The translations under genes and the position numbers were made by a program. From positions 224,001-288,000 of the forward strand of contig CAWIBO010000003.1 in NCBI GenBank assembly GCA_963834385.1: a stretch of DNA of 64,000 bases, in the 5' to 3' direction. The notes beneath the pieces are model-generated. The model saw nothing but the letters and a program-made list of their open reading frames with translations. It did no database searches and had not been told where the DNA came from. Position 1 is the first letter of the stretch, and every line of letters starts with the position of its first letter. The stretch is from an uncultured Verrucomicrobiae bacterium (lineage in GTDB: Bacteria > Verrucomicrobiota > Verrucomicrobiia > Chthoniobacterales > UBA10450). Below are positions 1 to 9,803 of the stretch, in pieces.

Positions 1-1091
1 ATGGGGACAAGAACCGTGCGCCATGAACCGAGGAAGAGGAAAATCACCACCATGACGATGAGGAGAGTTTCCGTGAGCGTTTTCACGACCTCGTTGATGG
101 CGGTGTTGATGTAGGCGGTGCCGTCGTAGGCGATGCGGCCCTGCAAACCGGAGGGGAGATCGCGCTGGATGGAATCCATCTCCGCCCGGACACGCTGGAT
201 GACGTCGATCGAGTTGGCGTTGGGCAGCGGCCAGACGCCCATGAAAACGGCGCGCTGCTGCGAGAAACGCACTTCGTCGTCGTAGCTTTCCGCGCCGAGG
301 ACGACATCGGCGACGTCACCCAGGCGAACGAGCGTGCCTTCCTCCTCGCGGATGACGAGCTGGCGGAATTGTTCCGGCGTCTGGATGTCGGTGTTGGCGG
401 TCAGGTTGACCTGGACGAGCGAGCCCTTGGTGCTGCCGAGGGCGCTCAGGAAATTGTTCGCGGCGAGAGAGCGGCGGACCTGCGCGGGACTGACGTTCAG
501 CGCGGCCATCCGGTCCGGCTTGAGCCAGATGCGCATGGCAAAGGTGCGGCCGCCGAGGATCTCGGCCCGCTGGACGCCGTCGAGCGCGGTCAGGCGCGGC
601 TGCACCACGCGGTTGAGGTAATCGGTGATCTCGTTCGACTGGAGGATGTCGGAGGTGAAACTGAGATAGGCGGAGGCGAACTGGGAATCGGCGGCCTCCA
701 GGTTGATGATCGGGACCTCGGCTTCCGGCGGGAGATCGCCGCGCACCTGGTCGACCTTGCTGCTGATCTCGGCCAGCGCCTCGTGCGCCGGGTAATTGAT
801 CTTGAGCCGCGCGGTGATGGTGGAGGCGCTCTGGGCGCTCTCGGACTGCAGATAGTCAATGCCGTCCGCGCCGGCGATGGCGCGCTCGAGCGGGCTGGTG
901 ATGAAGCCGCGCACCAGCTCGGCGCTCGCGCCCACGTAAACTGTCCGGACGGTGATGGAAGCCAGATCGCTCCGCGGATATTGCCGCACGTTCAGCGTCC
1001 GCCAGGCCTGGAGGCCGCCGATCAGGATGACGAGGCTGACGACCAGCGCCAGGACCGGCCGGCGAATGAAGATGTCGGTAAACGACTTCAT
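1..1091 (-). CDS. RND efflux transporter permease subunit (AcrB/MexW-like), N-terminal part; continues beyond window start
   Basis: Manual translation from ATG at 1091: MKSFTDIFIRRPVLALVVSLVILIGG...VRQYP...VRGFITSPLERAI...FAMRIWLKPDRM...IFLFLGSWRTVLVP, the typical AcrB-family N-terminus. ATGA overlap with the upstream MFP gene. Missing from the ORF track because it has no stop in the window. Confidence 0.93.
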   Translation of the reverse strand, partial: MKSFTDIFIRRPVLALVVSLVILIGGLQAWRTLNVRQYPRSDLASITVRTVYVGASAELVRGFITSPLERAIAGADGIDYLQSESAQSASTITARLKINYPAHEALAEISSKVDQVRGDLPPEAEVPIINLEAADSQFASAYLSFTSDILQSNEITDYLNRVVQPRLTALDGVQRAEILGGRTFAMRIWLKPDRMAALNVSPAQVRRSLAANNFLSALGSTKGSLVQVNLTANTDIQTPEQFRQLVIREEEGTLVRLGDVADVVLGAESYDDEVRFSQQRAVFMGVWPLPNANSIDVIQRVRAEMDSIQRDLPSGLQGRIAYDGTAYINTAINEVVKTLTETLLIVMVVIFLFLGSWRTVLVP

Positions 1092-2254
1092 GTGTTCGCG
1101 GGGGTCGGATTTTCCTCCGGTTTTGGCGCCACGTCCTTTTGCACCTGCACGGCCATGCCGTTCCGCAGCTTGAAGACCCCGGCGCTCACCACCTGGTCAC
1201 CCGGCTTCAAGCCCGTGGTCACGCCGACGAGATCGCCCCGCGTTTCGCCGATGCGGATGAACTGCTGCCGCACCGTGAGGGATTCCTGGCCGGTCTCGTC
1301 GTCCTTCTTTTTCTCGAGCACGTAAACGGAATCGCCGAAGGGCGCATAGGAAACCGCGGTCGCCGGGATGACCACGGTCGGCGTTTCCTGCGGCAAGGTA
1401 ACCTCGACCTTTCCGAACATGCCGGGGCGCAAAAGCAGCTCGGGGTTTGGCAGTGTCGCCTGCAGCGAAACGTTGCGCGTCACCGGATCAATCACGGAAT
1501 TGAGCGCGGTCAGTTTGCCCTCAAAGGTCTTCTCCGGGAACGCATCAGTCCGCACCGTCACCGGCAGCCCTTCCTTCAGGTCCGGTAACCGCTGCTGCGG
1601 CAGGGTGAAATCGACAAAGATCGGGTCGACCGCCTGCAGGGTGACAATGGGATCGCCCGCCTTGACCGTCTGGCCCACGTTCACCTGCCGGATGCCGGCA
1701 TGCCCGTCGAACGGCGCCCGGATGATCAGCTTGTCGAGCGTTCCCCGGGCCGTATCGGTCGAGGCCACGGTTCTCTTGAATTTTGCCTCGGCCGCGTCCA
1801 GCTCGGCCTGCGAAATGACCTTGCGCCGGGCCAGGTCGCGCGCCCGTTCCACTTCCGCCCGGGCCAACTCGGCCTCGGCTTCAGCGGCCTCGACCTGCCC
1901 TTCCTCCGAGGCCGAGTTTAAGCGCACCAGCAGATCGCCTTTCTTGACCATGGCGCCGCTTTGGAAAGCGACTTCCGCCACGATCCCCGGCACTTCGGCG
2001 CTCAGGAGCGAACCTTGCACCGGCGAAATGGTCCCCACCGCGCGCAACACCGGCGGCCAGTTCTTCTCCACCGCTGCCGTCACCGCCACCGCTTCCGGGG
2101 GCGGTCCGCCCTGCCCGCCGCCCGCCATCATGGCGCCGAATTGCAGGCCTTTCAGGCCGAAAACAAGAAGCAGGAAAACGGCGACGCCCGCGCCCAGGAG
2201 CAGCCAGTTTTTCCAACGAGAACGTTCTTTCATCAAGCCGCCCGGTCCTTTCAT
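1088..2254 (-). CDS. RND efflux periplasmic adaptor (membrane fusion protein)
   Basis: N-terminal TM anchor, lipoyl-like GIVAEVAFQSGAMVKKGDLLVRL, alpha-hairpin, IRAPFDG and LRPGMF motifs. Lies between TetR and the RND permease. Alternative start at 2233. Confidence 0.93.
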   Translation of the reverse strand: MKGPGGLMKERSRWKNWLLLGAGVAVFLLLVFGLKGLQFGAMMAGGGQGGPPPEAVAVTAAVEKNWPPVLRAVGTISPVQGSLLSAEVPGIVAEVAFQSGAMVKKGDLLVRLNSASEEGQVEAAEAEAELARAEVERARDLARRKVISQAELDAAEAKFKRTVASTDTARGTLDKLIIRAPFDGHAGIRQVNVGQTVKAGDPIVTLQAVDPIFVDFTLPQQRLPDLKEGLPVTVRTDAFPEKTFEGKLTALNSVIDPVTRNVSLQATLPNPELLLRPGMFGKVEVTLPQETPTVVIPATAVSYAPFGDSVYVLEKKKDDETGQESLTVRQQFIRIGETRGDLVGVTTGLKPGDQVVSAGVFKLRNGMAVQVQKDVAPKPEENPTPANT

Positions 2255-2883
2255 CGTTGCGCCAAAAGGGGTTCTTCCACCCCGCTGAAAAGGATGCGCC
2301 AGAGACTGCGCGCCACGCCGAGCTGTTTCTCGCGCCGTGCCTCCTCGGGCACACGCGCCAGGTGGAGCACTTCGCGCATCAGGAGACCGTCACTCACGGC
2401 CAGGACCAGTTCCGCCAGCTCGCGTGGCGAAAGATCCTGCGCCGCGCGGCCCGCTTCCGGCGCCCGGCGAATCAGCTCGGTCAGCCCGCTCAGAACGGTC
2501 TCCGAAACATCGCGCACCAGGGTGGCCACGGTGGGATTGCGGCCGGCCTCGGCAAAAAGATCGACCACAAAAGCCGCCTCAACCTGCGGCGCGTTCTCGC
2601 AGCAGTGCGCGGTGAAAAGGATTTCCAGCGCCTCCAGCAGGGTCGGAGCCAGCCGGGCCCGCTCGAAAACCTCCTGGATCTCCTGTTTGTGCTCGTCGGC
2701 CATCGCGGAAATGACCGCGTCCTTGTTTTCGAAATAGCGGTAGATCAGGCCGACGCTGATGCCGGCCTGCTCGCTGATGTCGTGCATGGTCGTCTGGTGA
2801 AAACCACGTTTGGCAAAGCAGACCATGGCGGCGCCCAGGATTTGCTGGCGGCGATCGGGGGAATCAGGGCGGGAAGAAGACAT
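2251..2883 (-). CDS. TetR/AcrR family transcriptional regulator
   Basis: HTH RRQQILGAAMVCFAKRGFHQTTMHDISEQAGISVGLIYRYFENKDAVI. Start taken at ATG 2883, just downstream of the promoter/operator. Confidence 0.92.
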   Translation of the reverse strand: MSSSRPDSPDRRQQILGAAMVCFAKRGFHQTTMHDISEQAGISVGLIYRYFENKDAVISAMADEHKQEIQEVFERARLAPTLLEALEILFTAHCCENAPQVEAAFVVDLFAEAGRNPTVATLVRDVSETVLSGLTELIRRAPEAGRAAQDLSPRELAELVLAVSDGLLMREVLHLARVPEEARREKQLGVARSLWRILFSGVEEPLLAQR

Positions 2884-2909
2884 TGAGGAAAATGAGGGGA
2901 GGCGGAACA

Positions 2910-2934
2910 TGAATGAACGTTCATTCACTGTCAA
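2910..2934 (-). promoter_or_regulatory. Sigma70-type -35 (TTGACA, 2929-2934) with a perfect 18-bp palindromic operator TGAATGAAC/GTTCATTCA (2910-2927); probable TetR autoregulatory site
   Basis: Perfect palindrome directly visible, sitting in the -35/-10 spacer about 27 nt upstream of the tetR start. Confidence 0.75.
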
Positions 2935-3128
2935 ATGGCTGTTCATTGTTTGTCCCAAAAACTTCCGCCTCCGGGGGCGAAGTCTTCCGTGGAGTTTCCG
3001 GCCCTGTTTTACCCGTGCCGGCCTCGCCGATGAGCTCGTGCTCCTCCGGCGGCACGGCGAACGCGTTCTCACGCCAAAATCCTGTGTTCGACCTCCAGAC
3101 CGGGAAGCCTCATCTTCCCCCACCAGCA

Positions 3129-4115
3129 ATGACGCGCCTGGCTGCCGCTTTCCAATCGTATCCGCGCGACGAGCGCTGCCTTGTCGCGCTTTCCGGCGGA
3201 CGCGATTCGGTGGCCCTGCTTCACCTTCTGCTCGAGCACGGATTCACCCGCCTGATCCTTTGCCACCTGAATCACCAATTGCGCGGACGCGCCGCGGCCG
3301 CCGACGCGCGTTTTGTCGAGAAACTCGCGGCGGTTCATCGGCTCGAGTTGCAACTGGGCGAGGTCGATGTGGCCGCCTTTGCGCGGGAACGGAAACTTTC
3401 CGTGGAAACGGCCGGGCGCGCAGCGCGCTACGCCTTTTTCGTGCAGGTCGCCCGGCGCCGGCGAACTCCCCGGATTTTTCTCGGCCATCACGCCGACGAC
3501 CTTGTGGAAACGTTTCTTTTCAATCTCTTCCGCGGCGCCGGCACGGCCGGGCTGGCGTCGTTGCGGGAACGCTCGGTGCACCGGGTGGGCCGGACGGAGC
3601 TGCATCTGCTGCGCCCGCTGCTCGGCGTTTGGCGCGACGAGATCGACGCATACATTGCCGCGCGCAAGCTCACGTTCCGCGAGGACAAAACCAACCGGGA
3701 TCTCGACTCGAGACGCAACCGGATGCGCCACCTGATCATTCCCCAGATCGAAAATCTCCTCGGGCGGAACATTCGCAAAAGCGTCTGGCGCGCCGCCACC
3801 ATCGCCGCCGACGAGGATGCGCTGGCCACGCAGATGCTGCCCCCGGCGGCGACCCTGCAAAAGCGTGAGTTGGTTTTGTCCGAGCTGAACGCGTTGCCGG
3901 TGGCGGTGCAACGCCGCGCCCTGCGCGATTGGCTTCGGCACCATCACATTCCGGAGATTGGATTTGATCTCGTCGAAGGAATCCGGCTTTTGCTCGATCC
4001 GGCAAACGCGACCGCGCGGATCAATCTCCCGGGCGGCGGCCAGGCGCGGCGCCGGGCGAAAAAAATCTTCCTGGAGAAGGCAAAGGCCGGGCGGCGCGCG
4101 AAAACCGTTGATTAG
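3129..4115 (+). CDS. tilS: tRNA(Ile)-lysidine synthetase
   Basis: PP-loop VALSGGRDSVALL, HLNHQLRG, ETAGRAARY, GHHADDLVET, LLRPLL, EDKTN and RNRMR motifs. Confidence 0.95.
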   Translation: MTRLAAAFQSYPRDERCLVALSGGRDSVALLHLLLEHGFTRLILCHLNHQLRGRAAAADARFVEKLAAVHRLELQLGEVDVAAFARERKLSVETAGRAARYAFFVQVARRRRTPRIFLGHHADDLVETFLFNLFRGAGTAGLASLRERSVHRVGRTELHLLRPLLGVWRDEIDAYIAARKLTFREDKTNRDLDSRRNRMRHLIIPQIENLLGRNIRKSVWRAATIAADEDALATQMLPPAATLQKRELVLSELNALPVAVQRRALRDWLRHHHIPEIGFDLVEGIRLLLDPANATARINLPGGGQARRRAKKIFLEKAKAGRRAKTVD

Positions 4116-4118
4116 GAT

Positions 4119-5621
4119 GTGGGCAATTCATCCATCTGGCGCGAGGGAGCCGCGCCCCGTTACCCGAAGCTCTCGCAATCCCTCGAGGTCGACGTGCTCG
4201 TGGTCGGCGGCGGCCTCACCGGCCTGACCGCGGCCTTTCTCCTCAAGCAAGCGGGCAAAAGCGTGGCCGTGGTCGAGCGGGCGCGGCTGGGGGCAATCGA
4301 CACGGGCCAGACCACCGCGCACCTGACCATGGTGACCGATGCCCGGTTGCATGAACTGACCAGCCATTTCGGCCGCGACCATGCCGGGGCCGCCTGGGAT
4401 GCGGGCGCGGCCGCGATCGACCAGATCGAGTCGATTGTGACAAGCGAGGGAATCGACTGCCAGTTTCGCCGGGTGCCGGGGTTTTTGCATGCCGCCGACG
4501 GGCGCGCCCGGGAGGAGGAGAAGACCTTGCGGGAGGATGCGTCCCTGGCGCAGGAGTTTGGATTTTCCGCGACTTACCGCGAAGCCGTGCCGTTTTTCGA
4601 TGTCCCGGGCGTGCAGTTTTCCGACCAGGCCCTTTTTCATCCGCTGCGTTATCTGCATGGGCTGGCGCAGAAAGTGGCGGGGGACGGGTCCCACGTTTTT
4701 GAGGAAAGCGAGGCGGGCGAGTTCGACGCCGGGAACAACCGGGTGGAGGTGAACGGCCACTTCGTGAAACACGACCGGGTGATCATCGCCACGCACAACC
4801 CGCTGGTGGGTTACGCCGGCATGGCGGCCGCGACGTTGTTCCAGACCAAGCTCGCCCTCTACACAAGTTACGCCGTGGGCGCGACGATCCCCCGTGGGCG
4901 TCTGCCGATTGCCTCCTTTTGGGACACGGCTGATCCCTACAATTATCTGCGGGTCCATCCCGGCGACGGGCATGACATCGCGATTTATGGCGGCGCCGAT
5001 CACAAGACGGGGCAGGTCTCGGAGACGGAGACGTGTTTTGCGGCCATCGAAAAAAGGCTGCACGGCTTCCTGCCCGAGGCGGCGATCACGCATCGCTGGT
5101 CGGGCCAGGTGATCACGACGAACGACGGCCTGCCGTTCATCGGCGAAAACGCGGAGCGCCAGTTTATTGCCACCGGCTTTGCCGGCAACGGCATGACCTT
5201 CGGCACGGTCGCGGGCATGATGGCGCGCGACTGGGTGATGGGAACCAGGAACCCGTGGAGCGATCTCTTCGCGCCGGACCGCAAGAAGATCCGGGGCGGC
5301 ACCTGGGATTATCTCCGGGAGAACGTCGATTATCCCTATTACCTCGTGAAGGGCCATCTTCAGAAAGCGGAGGCGGAATCGGTGCGCGAGATCAAGCCGG
5401 GGGAGGGCCGGATCATTCGGGAAAACGGCGCAAGAATTGCCGCCTGCCGCGATCAGGACGGCGGCCTGCACAAGCGATCGGCCATCTGCCCGCACATGGG
5501 TTGCGTGGTCCGCTGGAACCAGGCCGAGTCAACCTGGGATTGCCCATGCCACGGATCGCGCTTCAAGCCGGACGGCGATGTCATCAGCGGGCCGGCCGAA
5601 TCGCCCCTGGCCAAACCCTAG
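4119..5621 (+). CDS. FAD-dependent oxidoreductase with C-terminal Rieske [2Fe-2S] domain (YhfW-like)
   Basis: VVGGGLTG Rossmann motif and DAO-like body; Rieske motifs CPHMGC and WDCPCHGSRF. Confidence 0.92.
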   Translation: MGNSSIWREGAAPRYPKLSQSLEVDVLVVGGGLTGLTAAFLLKQAGKSVAVVERARLGAIDTGQTTAHLTMVTDARLHELTSHFGRDHAGAAWDAGAAAIDQIESIVTSEGIDCQFRRVPGFLHAADGRAREEEKTLREDASLAQEFGFSATYREAVPFFDVPGVQFSDQALFHPLRYLHGLAQKVAGDGSHVFEESEAGEFDAGNNRVEVNGHFVKHDRVIIATHNPLVGYAGMAAATLFQTKLALYTSYAVGATIPRGRLPIASFWDTADPYNYLRVHPGDGHDIAIYGGADHKTGQVSETETCFAAIEKRLHGFLPEAAITHRWSGQVITTNDGLPFIGENAERQFIATGFAGNGMTFGTVAGMMARDWVMGTRNPWSDLFAPDRKKIRGGTWDYLRENVDYPYYLVKGHLQKAEAESVREIKPGEGRIIRENGARIAACRDQDGGLHKRSAICPHMGCVVRWNQAESTWDCPCHGSRFKPDGDVISGPAESPLAKP

Positions 5622-5678
5622 GGCGGTCGCGCGCGATATCGGTTTCCTCAGGGAGCGGACGCGATAGAGTAGCCGCCG

Positions 5679-7019
5679 ATGTCCGTTCCTGTCCGTGTTC
5701 GTTTTGCCCCGTCGCCCACCGGTTACCTGCATATCGGCGGCGCCCGCACCGCCTTGTTCAACTGGCTGCAGGCGCGCAAAACCGGCGGCGTTTTTGTCCT
5801 GCGGATCGAGGACACCGACAAGTCGCGCAACACCGAGGAAGCGGCCGCGGCGATTTACGATGGGCTGCGTTGGCTCGGGCTCGACTGGGATGAAGGTCCG
5901 CACGCCGGCGGGGAGTTCGGCCCTTATTTCCAGAGCCAGCGTGATGAGATTTACCAGCGTTACCTGGACCGCCTCCGCGAAGCGGGCGCGGTCTATGAGG
6001 ATGGTGGCGCCATCCGGTTCCGCGCCCCGCGCGAACACGTCGTGGTCGATGACCTTGTCTGCGGCCGGATCGACTTCGACCTGACCAACCCGGAGACCCA
6101 TCCGGACATGACCATCCGGCGCCCGGACGGCTCCTGGATCTTCCATTTTGTGAACGTGGTGGACGACATCGAGATGCGGATCAGCCACGTCATCCGGGGC
6201 GAGGATCACCTCTCGAACACACCCAAGCACGTGGAGCTTTATCGCGCGCTGGGCGCCGAGCCCCCGCGCTTTGCCCATATCCCGCTGATCCTGAACCAGG
6301 ACGGCTCGAAGATGAGCAAGCGCGACCTGGGGGCGAGCCTGCAAACCTATATCGAGAACGGGTTCCTGCCCGAGGCGGTGCGCAATTATCTCTGCCTGCT
6401 CGGCTGGTCGCCGAAGGATGACCGCGAGAAGATCGCGCTGGAAGAGGTCACTCGCCTTTTCGAGCTCGAGAAGATCAACCGCAAGAATGCGGCTTTCGAC
6501 CTCGAGAAATGCACCTGGCTCAATGCGGAATACATGAAGGAGATCACGCCGGAGCGGTTTCAGGAACTGGGCCGTCAGGCCCTTCGCCGGGCGGGCCTCG
6601 ATCTCTCCCTCTTCCCGGAAACCTACGTCGAGGCTGCGCTGGCCACCTGTCTCGGCAAGGTCCGGACCTTCCAGGAACTGCCGGTTTACGCCGGCTTTTA
6701 TTTCCGGGACGATTTTGTCTACGACGCCGCCGCGGCCGCGAAACATTTCGTCCCGGCGAACGAAAAACTGGTCACGATCATTCGCGAAGCCTTCGCCGAG
6801 GCCGAGGCGTTCGACGCCTCAGCCCTGGAATCGGTTCTCAAGACCACCGCCGCCAGTCTCCAGCTCAAGGTGGGCGCGCTGGTGCATCCGACGCGGCTGG
6901 CTGTCACCGGCGCCACCGCGGGGCCAAGCCTCTATCATCTTCTCGAGGTCCTCGGCCGCGAAAAGGTGCTGGCGCGACTCGATCGCGCTCTCGCGGACGC
7001 GAGTTTCAAGGCCGCCTGA
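5679..7019 (+). CDS. gltX: Glutamate--tRNA ligase
   Basis: RVRFAPSPTGYLHIGGAR (HIGH), LRIEDTD, HVIRGEDH, KMSKR, and C-terminal anticodon-binding RLAVTG. Confidence 0.96.
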   Translation: MSVPVRVRFAPSPTGYLHIGGARTALFNWLQARKTGGVFVLRIEDTDKSRNTEEAAAAIYDGLRWLGLDWDEGPHAGGEFGPYFQSQRDEIYQRYLDRLREAGAVYEDGGAIRFRAPREHVVVDDLVCGRIDFDLTNPETHPDMTIRRPDGSWIFHFVNVVDDIEMRISHVIRGEDHLSNTPKHVELYRALGAEPPRFAHIPLILNQDGSKMSKRDLGASLQTYIENGFLPEAVRNYLCLLGWSPKDDREKIALEEVTRLFELEKINRKNAAFDLEKCTWLNAEYMKEITPERFQELGRQALRRAGLDLSLFPETYVEAALATCLGKVRTFQELPVYAGFYFRDDFVYDAAAAAKHFVPANEKLVTIIREAFAEAEAFDASALESVLKTTAASLQLKVGALVHPTRLAVTGATAGPSLYHLLEVLGREKVLARLDRALADASFKAA

Positions 7020-7034
7020 CCGGCGCCGGACCCC

Positions 7035-8808
7035 TTACGTGTTGCCGGTCTCTTTCCGCCAGGTGTCTTTCAACGTCATTGTCCGGTTGAAGACCGGCGC
7101 GTCAGGGCGGGAATCGGGATCAAGCGCGATATAGGCCAGCCGTTCCAGTTGATATTGTTTTCCCGGCTCGGCGCGGCCGAGCGACGGCTCCAGTTTTGCC
7201 CGCACGATCTCCAGCGAATGGGGGTTCAGATGTTTCCGGAAATCGCCCCCCTCCTCCGGGTCCGGCTCGGTGAAAAGCCGGTCGTAAAGACGGACCTCCG
7301 CCTCGAGCGCGTCCGGGGCGCTGACCCAATGGATCGTGCCCTTGACCTTGCGGTTTGAGGTCGCGCCGCCGGTCTTGCTTTCGAGGTCGGCGGTGCAACG
7401 GAGCTCGACCACCTTGCCGCCGGCGTCCTTGATCACTTCCTCGCACTTGATGATGTAGGCGTATTTCAACCGCACTTCGCCCCCGGGCCGCAGCCGAAAA
7501 TATTTCGGAGGCGGCGTTTCCATGAAATCGGCCTCCTCGATGTAAAGCTCGCGGCTGAAGGGGAGGGGGCGTGTGCCGCCGTCCGGATTCTCCGGGTTGT
7601 TGGTGGCGTTCAGTTCCTCCGTTTGTCCGGCCGGGTAATTGGTCAGGACGACCTTGAGCGGGCGAAGCACGCCAAGCCGCCGTTCCGCTGTCCGGTTGAG
7701 CCGCTCGCGCACGGTGTGCTCAAAAGCGCCGACGTCGGTCAGGCTCGGGTATTTCGTGATCCCGATGTGATAGGCAAAATCGCGGATGGCGGCGGCGGGA
7801 ATGCCGCGCCGACGCAGGCCGGAGAGGGTGGGCATGCGGGGATCGTCCCAGCCGCGGACCGCAACCGTCCTGCACGAGCTGGAGCAGCTTGCGCTTGCTG
7901 ATCACGGTGTAATTCAGGTTGAGCCGGGCGAACTCGATCTGGCGCGGGAGGGTGCGCGGAAGATCAAGCGACTGCAGGATCCAATCGTAAAGCGGCCGGT
8001 GCACCTCGAATTCCAGGGTGCAAAGCGAATGGGTGATGCCCTCGATATAATCGCTCAGGCAATGCGCGAAATCGTACATCGGGTAAATGCACCATTTGTC
8101 GCCGGTATGATGATGTTCGGCGTGCCGGATCCGGTAGAGCACCGGGTCGCGCAGCCAGACGTTCGGGGCCGACATGTCGATCCGGGCGCGCAGGGTCCGC
8201 GCCCCGTCCGGAAACTCGCCCGCTTTCATTCGCGCCAGCAACTGGAGGTTCTCCTCCACTGATCGGTCACGGAACGGGCTCTCCTTGCCCGCCCGGCGAT
8301 ATTCGTCCGTCTCCTCGGGAGTCATGTCGTCGACGTAGGCCCGCCCTTTCCGGACCAGTTCCACGGCGCACTCGTAGATCTGGTCGAAATAATCGGAGGC
8401 AAAGAACGGCGTGACCGCCGTGCCGGGCGCGGGATTGCGCACCGCCGGCAGGTGAAAATCCTTTCGGCCCCGCACTTCACGCGTCTCCGGCGTTTTGCCG
8501 GAAGGTTTCAAGCCGACACGGTCGTCGGCCCACCCCTCGATCAGCCAGAGGATGTCCCGCGTGATCGATTCGACATACTCGGCTTCCTCCTTCTCCGGGT
8601 TGGTGTCGTCCATCCGGATGTTGCAGGTGCCGCCGAATTCGCGGGCAATGCCGAACCCGAGACAGATGGCCTTGGCGTGACCGATGTGCAGGTAGCCGTT
8701 CGGCTCGGGCGGGAAGCGTGTGTGAATCTCGCTGTGCCGGCCGGCCTGGAGGTCGTCCGCCACGATTTCGCGGATGAAGTCGGTCGGGGTGCCGTTTTCG
8801 CTGGTCAT
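7035..8808 (-). CDS. glnS: Glutamine--tRNA ligase, split by a single +1 insertion near 7863 (probably a sequencing error)
   Basis: [45 protein letters not shown] in one frame; [28 protein letters not shown] in the next. Removing one T from GAC GGT t GCG GTC CGC GGC TGG restores [12 protein letters not shown]. Confidence 0.93.
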
Positions 8809-8872
8809 GGGTGCGGCGGACAGTAGCAGACGAACGCGCATGCGGAAAATCCGACACGTGTCACATTTCGCC

Positions 8873-9793
8873 GTGCCCGACCCTTACACGCTGGAAGATC
8901 TTCGCCGCTGGAAACCGGACCGGGCCGGGGAGAAACCGGTTCGCCTGGGCGTCATCGGCCGGCCGGTGGCGCACTCGCTGTCGCCCCGCATGCAAAACGC
9001 CGCCTTGGAAGAGGCCGGTTTGCCGGCGCGTTATGCCGCCTTCGACCTGGGCGAGGAAGAACTCGAGGAGGGGCTCGCTCTTTTTCGGAAACACGAATTT
9101 ATCGGGCTGAACGTGACCGTGCCGCACAAGGTCGCGGTCGTGCCGTTGCTGGACGAGGTGGCGGAGAGCGCCCGGCAGATCGGCGCGGTCAACACCATCG
9201 TCTTCGCCGGGGAGAAGGCCACCGGGCACAACACCGATGGCAGTGGCTTTGAACGCGCGGTGCGCCGCGAGTTCGCCGTCGATCTGCGTGATCTGCGCGT
9301 CCTCCTGCTCGGGGCGGGCGGGGCTGCGCGCGCCTTTGCCTGGCAATGCGCCCGGGCCGGTTGCGAGCGGCTGGTCATTGCCAATCGGACACGCGAAAAG
9401 GCGGCCGCGCTGACCGCGGAGCTGGGCGCTTTTTTTCAGGGGCAGCGTTTGCTCGGACCGGTGGCGCGCCTGGAAGCGATCGGGCTGGAGGAGCGCGCGC
9501 TGCGATTGCAACTCGAGCACGTTGACCTTGTGGTGAACGCCACGCCGCTCGGACTGCACCGGAGCGATCCGTCGCCGCTCCCGGCTTCGTTGCTCGCGCC
9601 GAGTTTGCTCATTCTGGACACCACCTATGGATCGTTCCCGAACGCGCTTCAGCGCGCCGCGGCCGAGGTGGGAGCGCGCGCGGTCAATGGTCTTTCGCTT
9701 CTCCTGGAACAGGGCGCGGAGGCCTTTGGCCTTTGGTTCGACCGCGAGGCGCCGGTCGCGGCGATGCGGCGCGCGCTCGAGGAGAAAACCTGA
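8873..9793 (+). CDS. aroE: Shikimate dehydrogenase
   Basis: [51 protein letters not shown]. Start codon uncertain (8840-8873). Confidence 0.93.
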   Translation: MPDPYTLEDLRRWKPDRAGEKPVRLGVIGRPVAHSLSPRMQNAALEEAGLPARYAAFDLGEEELEEGLALFRKHEFIGLNVTVPHKVAVVPLLDEVAESARQIGAVNTIVFAGEKATGHNTDGSGFERAVRREFAVDLRDLRVLLLGAGGAARAFAWQCARAGCERLVIANRTREKAAALTAELGAFFQGQRLLGPVARLEAIGLEERALRLQLEHVDLVVNATPLGLHRSDPSPLPASLLAPSLLILDTTYGSFPNALQRAAAEVGARAVNGLSLLLEQGAEAFGLWFDREAPVAAMRRALEEKT

Positions 9794-9803
9794 GGCGGTG
9801 AAG

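Noticed and set aside
369..1325. Long plus-strand ORF and many similar antisense ORFs (e.g. 28047-29708, 47482-49074, 60294-61943)
   Set aside because: Antisense or alternate-frame shadows of well-supported genes, expected at high GC content, with no recognisable motifs.
8410..8545. Intein or intron in glnS
   Set aside because: The insertion is short, in frame, and lacks the Cys/Ser start and His-Asn end motifs.
7035..8808. glnS (and likewise xseA) as true pseudogenes
   Set aside because: Each has only one single-base insertion and otherwise intact motifs, which is more consistent with sequencing error.
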